This document shows positions 37,136-46,391 of a DNA stretch of 64,000 nucleotides, one piece after another. The notes beneath the pieces are model-generated. The model ran no database searches. It was not told where the DNA came from and was given only the letters and a program-made list of their open reading frames with translations. Each line of letters opens with the position of its first letter. Position 1 is the stretch's first letter. The position numbers and the translations under genes are program-made. Origin of the DNA: Giardia intestinalis (lineage: Eukaryota); assembly GCA_000002435.2 (NCBI GenBank), contig CM018793.1; one strand, written 5' to 3'.

Positions 37136-37671
37136 CTGCTCTTTTTGAAGTGCTGCTAGGTATTGACACAGGATTTACTTTCTTCAAGTAAACACACGGT
37201 TTGAAGGATAGCAGATAGTAGGAAAAATAGATCACAAAGGTAAATCTAGATATACAATCAATCCATTAATCGTAGCATAATGTAACAATAAGCTTTTCAG
37301 ACAATAGGCGGAGTGACTCCTACGCTTATCAAGGGGCTGGAGAAGTGGTACATATTAACTCTCCAGTTGCGTCATGCTCGACCTACCAAGAGCTGACTGA
37401 CTAATTCATAGTCTTCCAAAGTTTCTATGCCTACTCTGTCGGCTTCTCAGGTACCAGAACAACTGCAGATGATATTGCTCTAAAGGATGCCATTTATGGG
37501 AGCTATCAGGACCAAAGGAACCTTAGGTGATGAGGCCGAGGGGCGCGTCTATATTCCTGGTGAGTGATGATGACTAGAACGTGCACAGATAATGCGTGTA
37601 TCTTCACGTTATAAGATAGTTTGTTAGCATCATCTGAATAAGAGCTTTTGAAGCAGGAACAAGCTCACATA

Positions 37672-40600
37672 TTAAGAGCCGTGGTTTTTGAGAATTGCAA
37701 TCTCATCCACGAGAGTGCGCAGCTCCCTCTCACGATTTATGATCTCCTGCTTCAGACTGTTGTACTCCTGCCGTACAAGCTCCTGTTTGTTATCGCTGCA
37801 CCATGCCTTGGGAGCCTTTCGTTGCCTATCAAGAATCGCCCTGTCAAGTTCTAAACTTTCTCTTTCTAATCTTGCTAGCTCAAGCACCAGCTCTGTGTTC
37901 TTGTCAAGAGCATATTTCAGCTGATCGCGGCCACGCTCCAGAATCGTCTCTTTGTAGAGCTGATCTTGCTTGAACTCTAATTCTTCCTGATTCAGAATTC
38001 TGGTAAGCTCTTCTGCTTGTTCGTTTATGCACGCGCTGTCTAACTTGGCTATGTCAATCAGCTGGCCGAATTTGAGCATCTGGACCGCTTCAAGCTTTTC
38101 ACTATAGATTTTGTAGTCTTTTTGTGCTTGCTTTTCCTTCTGCAGCAGCTCGTAGTGCGTGTCTTTGAGAGACTCTCCAATCTGTGCAAAGTGTCGCAGC
38201 TGCTTCTTCCTGAGATCTATTCTAGCTTTGAGGTTCTGTATTTCCTTTGCGTCAAAGAGAAGAGCGTTACTAAGATCTTCAATAATAGTATCATCCTCGC
38301 TCATGTATGCATACTGGCCCATAGTAACGAGTGCCGCCGTCTGCACGCTGTTCAGCTCCTTCTGTTTGCCAGCGCGGAACTGTGTTAGCTCTCTGTTTGC
38401 TGCATCCGTGGCAGAGACTGCTGCCTTTTCCCTTTTCTGAAGGACTAAATACTGCTGCTTCAGTTGATCTGCCTCTTGGTGGATAGCTGCCAACTGTGCG
38501 TCATAGTCTCGCTTCTTTGATCGCAAATTGAGAACGAAATTAAAGAGCTCGTTGCTAACGCCCTCCGGGGCAACTGTTTCATCTACAGGCTCATCATCAT
38601 CCTCGACCCCTCCCTCAGAAAGATTAGAAAGCTCCGACGACTCATCCGATTCGTCCATATAATCGTCTGGGTTTGTTGACCCGAGAGCCTTCTTGGTCGC
38701 TCCGCCTCCGACTAGCGTTGCCTCGAGGCCAGCTGGCTCGGCGTCTGCCTGCGGCTTGATAGGCTTGGGGGCCCTGTACTTTTTGTTATAGATTTTGATC
38801 AACTTCGTTCTGAATGGAGCATCAGTGCTAATAGAATTGTTGAATTCACGAAGAAGCTTTTGGAGGTTAGTCCCGACGGCCATCGCCTCCTCAGTCTTTT
38901 GGGAGATCTGCTTCCGGAGATGCTCCAATTGTATGGTTATTTGTCGGTGCTCATTTTTGCAGTTCTCGAGGTGTTCCATGGATTTAGCATCCCTAGTAAT
39001 ATAGAGATGATGGATTTCTGTTTGCTGGAACAGGCTTATGATGCGAATGCGCATACGAGCAAAGTCCATTTTTAGTTGAACGCTTGAGTACTGAAGCTCT
39101 CGAACAGCATTATCAAACGCAGTTGCCAAGGATAGCATCTTATTCAGGATTTGGCTTCTACAATACAGAGCAAGCGAAATCCAGTAGTGAGCTTTCTGAG
39201 CGTAGTCCTGACTAACCTGCATCTTGCTGAACACAGAGATGGCCTTGGTGGAGTCATAACTTTGCGTCCCCTGGAAGACATTCATTTGCAGGTTGTTATG
39301 CTGAGCCAGAGTCGAGGTGATATCGTATGTATCGTGTCTGTTATATAGAGATGGCGCATGCTGAGCGTTTTGTGCCGCTAACGCTGCAGTGGGGCGAACA
39401 CAAGTAGCTTCTTGAATTTGATATCCAGAATAAAGGAGTACGTCTTTGGCTAGAGGATGCTTTTTAGCTCTTGCACCATGTGGTACACTCCCAACCGGGA
39501 AGTGCTGTGCGTTAGCGTTAGTATCAGGGTCTTTTAAGTCATTGATTGCGAGGATAGAGGAAGACTTGTTGACAGAAGAGTCGAGCCCCTGAACGCCCAT
39601 GAATATGGCTGTGTTAATATAGGGTCGACACATATTAACCAGCTCGTCCTCATCCTCATTCTCTTCATCCTCGTTAACCTTGTCAGACTCACTGCTTGAC
39701 TCGTCATTTGAGTCGTTAGCGTCATTACTTAAGGGGTAGTTCAGTTTCGGAAGCGTACCATATCTAAGCCCACCCAAGGCCTCGCTGGATGATAAAACAA
39801 TTTCCTGCACGGCACTTTGGATACCAGTTGGCGGAACATCCAGAAGCTTCTGTAGTCGATCAGCTTCGTCGCTAGAAATAATCTTATTAGAGACACAAAA
39901 CTCCAGATATTGTAGCGCTAGCGGATCACTACCAGCAGGATCACTTTCGTTGAAGAACTCCCCTGGGGCGTGAGAATAACACGACTGTAGCTGAAGACAG
40001 AGAGTCGTATTGTCAATCTGGTCTAGTGGTGTGTCTGCCAGCTTGCTGGAAGCCCAGTTACGAATATATCTATCGTGCACCTCCATGCGTCGAATGTGTG
40101 CTATTTCATCAGGATGAATGGATATCATGCTCAAAAGCTTGTCAGGGTCGGCGCTAAACTCGTACTTGGCCAGTCTTGCGTCTATGTCTGCCGCTATTAG
40201 GTGGCCGGCCATGTGCTTTATTGAAGCAGTGATTCGAAGAGCCTCTTTCTTAAGCGTGTTGACGCATTCGACCACAGCCTGCTTGCAGGCAAACAGAACG
40301 GCCACACGTTCGTTAAAATCTTTTTGCGCGTCATGAAGACCCTTTATAGCTAGCAGGAACTGTAGCCAGCGACCCTCTTTATTTTCATAGACGTTCACGG
40401 GAGGCACATTCTTACCTGCTCCGGTCGCGTCTTCGTGTTGCTGCGCTAATTGTCCAACCTTGAAGACATAGTCCTCCGTAGTTTTAAGTGGGAATTGCCC
40501 GAATGTTTCGAGGCTGAAATCATATGCTTTTTCGTCCTCTGGGGAAATCTTACTGGGATCGGGCTTCTCGGCTAAAAGGGCGCGGAGCTCCTCTTTTCGC

Positions 40601-43600
40601 TTCTGCCGTGCTTCTACCCGCTGCAAAACTCGTTGCTGCTTTATTTGGGCGTCAGAAATGGTGTCCTCAAGCTCATCTTGCTTGATTGTTGCCTCACCCA
40701 ACTTATTTGAAAGGGTCTGTGCAATGATCTTGTCAATAGCTTTAATGGTCCGGGTGCCCGCCACTGAACCAAGCCTACTACCACCCGTGGTCCTCGACGA
40801 TCTTAAGGGAGCAAGAGCGCTCTTAGTCGCACTAGTGTTAGACTCTGCTAAAGACTTTTTGGTGGTGCTCAAGGAAGTGAGGGTCACTGCACCCAGCCTA
40901 CTAACTGACGTTTGGTTGAGAGACCCGCGCTGATCATTATCTATGATGGAGTGGTCACTGACATCACTAGTTTCCATAGTATCATTAGGATTCATTATGT
41001 TAGCGTCAGCCCTCATAGTAGATGTTGTAGTTAAGTTGTTTGCAACCTCTGAATCACTACGATGGTCATAAGCAATCTGGTCTAGCTCATCAAGAGATTC
41101 TATGCCCAGAGCCTCACAAAGTGCGCTTTCGAACTTCTCACTAAACGGATACAACTTGAATGTGGTAACTTGAAAGGCAGGATTTGCAAAGGCACGTACG
41201 GTGTAGGTAAACTCCGTCACAGGAAAATTGGCGAGGACGCTCTGAATCTTCGCAGTAACACCCCGAAGAATATCTCCTAGTTCGTCATATATAATTGTAT
41301 GGGCCCTGCGCTCTTCTCTGCCAACCCAATCATGAGCTAATAGTAGATCTGGTGAGATCTCATGTGGATAGAGACGTTTCTCTAAAGGTAGTGACGCATT
41401 CTCCTTGACCAAGGTGTCATAGAGGGCTCTGAGACCTTGTATTTTTAATAGAACAGCATGCTTTCCATCCTGCCCAAGCTTATTTGCCGCTGAATCCAGT
41501 TCTGACAGCCTGGCCTGCTCTAGGGTCAAAAATTTGCTCGCTCCTTCTACCTCGGTCTGCTCTTCTGCAGTGGTATAGTCATGGACAACGGCCTGCTGAT
41601 CTAAATCATCGCCCTCAAGGGGGATAGTGTCTGGCTGCTGTTTTAAGATGTCTGCCCCCTTTTCTTTGAAAACAGCCTTTGAAATTAGGGAGAAGACCTT
41701 TTCATGGAAAACAAGAGAGACAGACGGCTTGAACCCTTTAATCCCAGTGGAGTAAATATTATCTCGCACATAGCGCGTACAAAGGCCGTTATCAAAGGTC
41801 TGTATGTTATTTGCTGATAAGTATGCTGCTTGGAGTCTAGCTAAGAGAACCTTCACTTCATGAGTTCCATACACGAGTATGTTTCCAGATCTGTCTCCGA
41901 TGACGCAGACATGCCCGCCAAATCCCACGTTCATGTAGCATAGGCCGTTAGCTGGAACTGCCTGAGCACAGTACGCAGTCCACCACTCAGACTTCTGCTC
42001 TAAAAGCTGCATGGCAACGAGGGGATTTAGGTTTGACGCTTCTCCTTTTAAAACATTCTGAGTGAGCGATGCAAATTCGTCTTCAGTTCTGTATGGTTCG
42101 ATGGTCACAGAGCCACCAGCCTGGATAGTAAAGAGAGTACCAAAAACCTTTCCGGCCGGACCAGAGCGTTCGGCAGACAGCAGCTCCTTATTCAGTGCGT
42201 CCTCCATGACACAGTCCCTGAGGGGCTGAAGCATAGCAGGAAATGACATGATAGGGGTTCGCATCAACAGGCTAATAGACTTATTATTCTGAGGTTCAAA
42301 CTCCACATCATCCAGCTCTGCCTCCTTGAGAGCAGGCGCATCCATGAGGGGTCCCCGATGAGCCGCCGGGGAGATTACTTCTGGCCGTATAAAGATCTTC
42401 TTTGATGACTCTTTGCTTGACTCTTCTCTGTTGTCATCTGCTGCCGGCGTAAGCCCCGAATTCATGAGGAGGCTCCGTGACCCGATGGAATTGGCATTAA
42501 TAAGCGAGAAAAAGGATTTCTTGATGACTGCATAATCAAATAGGTATATTAAGCTGCTCCTATATGCTGCACGAGCTTCGGCAACGGCTAAGGCAGCACA
42601 GAAGAGAGCGGGGTCTCCTGCAGCGATGTTGGATGCAGTGGCGCCACTTGCCTCAGCACGGGCTCGAACGCTCGCCATCGCCGAGTCAGCCCTATTCCGG
42701 ATTTCCTCATCAATAAAAATCTTGACAAGGATGGCTAGCTTTCCAGGCGTAGCTATATCTGACACATCACTGATATGAGTCTGTCCAGCAAGGTCTTTGG
42801 ATCTAACAAGCCCTGTCCCGTTAACAAGGCTGAACTGAACAAAGTCAAATTTCTGGGGCTGATTCATGTCTTCATAAAGAGGGTCATTGGGGTTGAGCTT
42901 CTTCTTCTTTTTTCCCTCTATCTTGTTCCCATCCTCATCGTATTCTTCTTCAGACTCTGTCGACTCCTCCTCTTGTTTTTCTTCCGTTATTTCCATGGCC
43001 AGTAGGGCGTCCATTGCCGACTCCATGGCCCCACGACTAGGGAGCATCGCGCTGATTTTCCGCTGCACGACTGCCTGCTCTACTTTGGCGATCGTCCCTT
43101 CACAGGTCCCCGGTAGGGGGGTTACGGGGATTGCTATTGACAAGAAGTACGGAACAGAATTAAACATATGCATTAAATTATATGACACTGAAGATGGTTC
43201 TCCTGGTAAGTTAGGTTCTGTGCTCGGAGCTGATAAATTCATGGTGGTGGAAGATAGGCTGTCTGTCATACTAGATCCTGATTTGAGCCTGTACTGTATT
43301 AGATCATTTGCTGGCGGAAGGGTGATCGCCACAAGCCTGTCTTCTGGAGAGGTGCAGTTCAGTACGGCCATGGCCAATACATTGGGTTCTAGGTAGAAGA
43401 GATGGCCTAGCCGCTGTGAGAGTTTATCGGGCGACTCTTTAAAGATAGCGTAGTATACATCAAACTCTCCAAGTGGTAGAATGTCCTTCCCAGTCATTCC
43501 AAAGATACCATTAGAAGCCATTACTGCCAATTCAAATGCCTTCTTTTGCGACTCATCCTCCGCAGCATCACGCACGTTAAGAAGGCCCTTTGCGAGGGAT

Positions 43601-45744
43601 GACATGTGTTCCTGACCAGTTTGTGCAAGGGCGACGTCGTTTCTTAAGCCACGTCTGATCAATGAGAGGGTTGTCTGGATCAAAAACAGATGGCCGGAAG
43701 CGCTTAGCACAGCGACCACACCTTCTTGAGAGCAAGTTATATCCACAACGGCATCCGAAAAGCACTTGTACGCTGCAATTAGAAAGAGACAGTCATTAGC
43801 ATCAAGTATACCTGCCGGAACCTCCTCAGAGACAGAGTCCTTTCCGGAATAATCCTGGGCATCATAGTAAACAGAGAAGAACCTAACAGAACCATCGGAG
43901 TATCCAGCAACCAAACACACTCCGTTATGAATGAACAATACTTTAGTACCCTTTCCCGAAGCTGATCTTTTTGCCGAAACAATTCTCCGCGAAGCCAAGT
44001 CGTGCATAAATATAACGCCAGAGTCCCCGACAGTAGCCACAAGCGGAGAGCGGATGTTCAGATTATTGATGTCGTTGTTTATGCCAGATAAAAGGAGCGA
44101 GGAGCTGCTATTAACACAGGCAATGCTCCGAACAGGCCCTCCATGACTATAGCAAATACGTCTGATGCTCCGAGATGCTATATCCATAAGAGTTATCCCT
44201 CCGATTCCCGCGTCCTGCATAGCCATCGAGGTAGAATCAGAAGAAAGGACCATATTCCTTATACAAGCCCCATGGCCTATGTAAATCTCCTCTACCGGAG
44301 TGATTTCGAAGAATACCGAATCGTTGTTGTCCACAAATTGTGCTTGGAGAAGCTGATGACCTGACCAGAGTCTTATGTATCCGTCAGATCCAGCCGTGAC
44401 AACCACAGGAAGAAGTGTTAGTGGACTATCTTCATCCGAGTCAGGCTTTCGGGGGGTTGCAGACGCCCCTGCATTCAAATTTGCCTCTTGTTGCTCGCCC
44501 GCAGTTGTGAATGGGCCTTGCACCAATGAGTTATTTGCTTCTGATACTCGAGGAGACCAATTGTCGCTTAACGGTGGTACCCCTCGCTGCAGGAGTGTGT
44601 GGTAAAGCAGAGTCGGAGGGTGGGTTGTCAGTGGTTGACCAAGGACAGTGTCATCATCTCGCTTGGCAGAAACGGCCCCACGCGTAAACAATCCGTCCAG
44701 ATCGCAGCTCATATACTCTATTCTTCCCTCGTGGCACTTCTTCCCCCCAGGCCGTTGAAAGACTAACCGAACCGTGCTAGAATCCCAAAGAACAATTTCG
44801 CCTGTGCCACACCCAGAAAGGATATTCCCTGAAGGAAGCTCTATAAACGCCGTGCAGTCAGAAGAGTCCAGTATACCAAACTTGGCCAACTCGCCTTGCA
44901 ACTTAACTCCTGTAAACGTCTGAGCCATCTTCCAAAACTTCAAATGTGTGCGCCCACCCGTTATCAATCTATCAGTTGTATACTTGCAGAAGCTCACTCT
45001 GTAAACAGGGCTGGTAAACGCCGGGGCCTTGAGGAGGAGACGCCGCTGAGCCCAGTTGAGAACCGACAGCAGATAGTCTGGCCCACAGGACACCGCAGCC
45101 AAGAGAGTCGAATCATGATTGAAGGCCAGGGACTCTATTCCTAGCCTTCCTATATTGGAAAGAGTGACTTTGTGGACCAGGAAGAGCTTGTTATTCACCT
45201 CGATGGGCGGTAGAAGTGGTTCTTCATCTGCTGCATCAGTCTGGCTCTGGTCCACACTCGTACCCTTTACTGTCGTTTCAACATGCTCCAAAAGCTGAGG
45301 GTCTTCAATAGGACGGGCAGGGCCTTCGGGCCGGTCGATAGCGATGCTGAAGATAAGCACTCTAGCGCCTATGCCCTCGCTAGCCAGGCCAACTGCAAGG
45401 TGGCTGCCGTCCCCAGTTGTTGCTACACACGTAACGCCACCCATTGTGAATGAAGGGATAGTGGTCTTTGTACCTGTCGCCGAGTCGATAATATGTAGAG
45501 CACTAGCACTCGCAAAGCACAGGTGCTTGGTGCTTAGATATGCAAGATTAGAAAAGTGGTTTGAGTCGCTTCCAAAAGAATATATCTCTGTATATGAGTC
45601 TGCAGGGATGTTTTGGGAGCAGATTATGGAGTTCCCAACTCGTGTTGGGGCTATAAAGGGGCCAGTGCTCATGAGCAAATTTTCTTTTTCGGTGTGCAAA
45701 ATATGACTGTCAATGCCTAAAACCACACGACCCGCTGGGGCCAA
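37672..45744 (-). CDS. Giant WD40 plus coiled-coil protein (2690 aa), candidate axoneme/cytoskeleton-associated (CFAP43/44-like architecture)
   Basis: Single 8.07-kb ORF. N-terminal ~900 aa has WD-repeat-like blocks (GHGACIRNM, VATVGDSGVIFMHD, GYSDGSVRFFSV). C-terminal ~1000 aa is coiled coil (E/K/Q/L-rich). Internal plus-strand ORFs are antisense shadows. The start may instead be Met 45672 to avoid overlap with the upstream gene. Confidence 0.7.
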   Translation of the reverse strand: MAPAGRVVLGIDSHILHTEKENLLMSTGPFIAPTRVGNSIICSQNIPADSYTEIYSFGSDSNHFSNLAYLSTKHLCFASASALHIIDSATGTKTTIPSFTMGGVTCVATTGDGSHLAVGLASEGIGARVLIFSIAIDRPEGPARPIEDPQLLEHVETTVKGTSVDQSQTDAADEEPLLPPIEVNNKLFLVHKVTLSNIGRLGIESLAFNHDSTLLAAVSCGPDYLLSVLNWAQRRLLLKAPAFTSPVYRVSFCKYTTDRLITGGRTHLKFWKMAQTFTGVKLQGELAKFGILDSSDCTAFIELPSGNILSGCGTGEIVLWDSSTVRLVFQRPGGKKCHEGRIEYMSCDLDGLFTRGAVSAKRDDDTVLGQPLTTHPPTLLYHTLLQRGVPPLSDNWSPRVSEANNSLVQGPFTTAGEQQEANLNAGASATPRKPDSDEDSPLTLLPVVVTAGSDGYIRLWSGHQLLQAQFVDNNDSVFFEITPVEEIYIGHGACIRNMVLSSDSTSMAMQDAGIGGITLMDIASRSIRRICYSHGGPVRSIACVNSSSSLLLSGINNDINNLNIRSPLVATVGDSGVIFMHDLASRRIVSAKRSASGKGTKVLFIHNGVCLVAGYSDGSVRFFSVYYDAQDYSGKDSVSEEVPAGILDANDCLFLIAAYKCFSDAVVDITCSQEGVVAVLSASGHLFLIQTTLSLIRRGLRNDVALAQTGQEHMSSLAKGLLNVRDAAEDESQKKAFELAVMASNGIFGMTGKDILPLGEFDVYYAIFKESPDKLSQRLGHLFYLEPNVLAMAVLNCTSPEDRLVAITLPPANDLIQYRLKSGSSMTDSLSSTTMNLSAPSTEPNLPGEPSSVSYNLMHMFNSVPYFLSIAIPVTPLPGTCEGTIAKVEQAVVQRKISAMLPSRGAMESAMDALLAMEITEEKQEEESTESEEEYDEDGNKIEGKKKKKLNPNDPLYEDMNQPQKFDFVQFSLVNGTGLVRSKDLAGQTHISDVSDIATPGKLAILVKIFIDEEIRNRADSAMASVRARAEASGATASNIAAGDPALFCAALAVAEARAAYRSSLIYLFDYAVIKKSFFSLINANSIGSRSLLMNSGLTPAADDNREESSKESSKKIFIRPEVISPAAHRGPLMDAPALKEAELDDVEFEPQNNKSISLLMRTPIMSFPAMLQPLRDCVMEDALNKELLSAERSGPAGKVFGTLFTIQAGGSVTIEPYRTEDEFASLTQNVLKGEASNLNPLVAMQLLEQKSEWWTAYCAQAVPANGLCYMNVGFGGHVCVIGDRSGNILVYGTHEVKVLLARLQAAYLSANNIQTFDNGLCTRYVRDNIYSTGIKGFKPSVSLVFHEKVFSLISKAVFKEKGADILKQQPDTIPLEGDDLDQQAVVHDYTTAEEQTEVEGASKFLTLEQARLSELDSAANKLGQDGKHAVLLKIQGLRALYDTLVKENASLPLEKRLYPHEISPDLLLAHDWVGREERRAHTIIYDELGDILRGVTAKIQSVLANFPVTEFTYTVRAFANPAFQVTTFKLYPFSEKFESALCEALGIESLDELDQIAYDHRSDSEVANNLTTTSTMRADANIMNPNDTMETSDVSDHSIIDNDQRGSLNQTSVSRLGAVTLTSLSTTKKSLAESNTSATKSALAPLRSSRTTGGSRLGSVAGTRTIKAIDKIIAQTLSNKLGEATIKQDELEDTISDAQIKQQRVLQRVEARQKRKEELRALLAEKPDPSKISPEDEKAYDFSLETFGQFPLKTTEDYVFKVGQLAQQHEDATGAGKNVPPVNVYENKEGRWLQFLLAIKGLHDAQKDFNERVAVLFACKQAVVECVNTLKKEALRITASIKHMAGHLIAADIDARLAKYEFSADPDKLLSMISIHPDEIAHIRRMEVHDRYIRNWASSKLADTPLDQIDNTTLCLQLQSCYSHAPGEFFNESDPAGSDPLALQYLEFCVSNKIISSDEADRLQKLLDVPPTGIQSAVQEIVLSSSEALGGLRYGTLPKLNYPLSNDANDSNDESSSESDKVNEDEENEDEDELVNMCRPYINTAIFMGVQGLDSSVNKSSSILAINDLKDPDTNANAQHFPVGSVPHGARAKKHPLAKDVLLYSGYQIQEATCVRPTAALAAQNAQHAPSLYNRHDTYDITSTLAQHNNLQMNVFQGTQSYDSTKAISVFSKMQVSQDYAQKAHYWISLALYCRSQILNKMLSLATAFDNAVRELQYSSVQLKMDFARMRIRIISLFQQTEIHHLYITRDAKSMEHLENCKNEHRQITIQLEHLRKQISQKTEEAMAVGTNLQKLLREFNNSISTDAPFRTKLIKIYNKKYRAPKPIKPQADAEPAGLEATLVGGGATKKALGSTNPDDYMDESDESSELSNLSEGGVEDDDEPVDETVAPEGVSNELFNFVLNLRSKKRDYDAQLAAIHQEADQLKQQYLVLQKREKAAVSATDAANRELTQFRAGKQKELNSVQTAALVTMGQYAYMSEDDTIIEDLSNALLFDAKEIQNLKARIDLRKKQLRHFAQIGESLKDTHYELLQKEKQAQKDYKIYSEKLEAVQMLKFGQLIDIAKLDSACINEQAEELTRILNQEELEFKQDQLYKETILERGRDQLKYALDKNTELVLELARLERESLELDRAILDRQRKAPKAWCSDNKQELVRQEYNSLKQEIINRERELRTLVDEIAILKNHGS

Positions 45745-46391
45745 AGCGTTTTCAAGAAAAGCGAAAATTCATCTACCGAGAACAAGAGCCTTTTTGCCAA
45801 CGAGACCCCAGCAAGTGCGCGAGGAAGATCGTTGCTGTTTATCGTCTCCGTCAGTTTAGCTATCAGCTCTGGGCTCGGCACGTGGTTCTGCACGGCGCCC
45901 AACAGTGCTGCGACTCTCACTGCTATGTCACGTCCCTCGCCATTGAGTGCATGTATGATAATATTGTCTAGAGATTCCCCAGTGTAAGTTGAGTTAGAAT
46001 AGGCCAACAGTTGACATACTTGGCCATCATCCAGTCCTGATATCATAGGCAATGTCATTGTGATCTCCTTTGTACTTACGTCGTGGGCAAGCCGCCTGAG
46101 AACTTCCATTGACAAGTCTGTAGAGAGTTCAGTATGCCTGGGAGACGTGGCATCTAGTAGCAACCGTGAGCTCAAGCTTATAGCGTTCTCTAATACCCTG
46201 GTGGCTACTTCGGCCTCCTCTATCAATGCTATCAGGCGATGCAGCGTTATGATGGTCGTTTCCCATGGCCTCCGCGATCGAATGATGATGATTGCAAGAG
46301 CAAGCTTCGTCGGTTCACCGTGCATAAGCCGGCAGTGAGGCAAATAAAAATCAAAATTACTGCATACCCTCCCATGGCTACAACTTTTCAA
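45717..46391 (-). CDS. Hypothetical protein (224 aa)
   Basis: Protein-like composition. Overlaps the 5' end of the divergent NEK kinase gene and the first 28 nt of the giant gene start. Confidence 0.4.
   Translation of the reverse strand: MKSCSHGRVCSNFDFYLPHCRLMHGEPTKLALAIIIIRSRRPWETTIITLHRLIALIEEAEVATRVLENAISLSSRLLLDATSPRHTELSTDLSMEVLRRLAHDVSTKEITMTLPMISGLDDGQVCQLLAYSNSTYTGESLDNIIIHALNGEGRDIAVRVAALLGAVQNHVPSPELIAKLTETINSNDLPRALAGVSLAKRLLFSVDEFSLFLKTLWPQRVVWF

Noticed and set aside
37560-37588. Candidate 29-nt mini-intron (GTGAGT…CTAGAACGTGCACAG)
   Set aside because: It deviates from the Giardia cis-intron consensus (GTATGT 5' site, CTRACACACAG 3' end). The flanking ORF would encode only 23-30 aa either way.
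42887-43396. 169-aa plus ORF with poly-Phe/Ser start inside the giant gene
   Set aside because: Antisense of the E/K-rich coiled-coil coding sequence of the 2690-aa gene.
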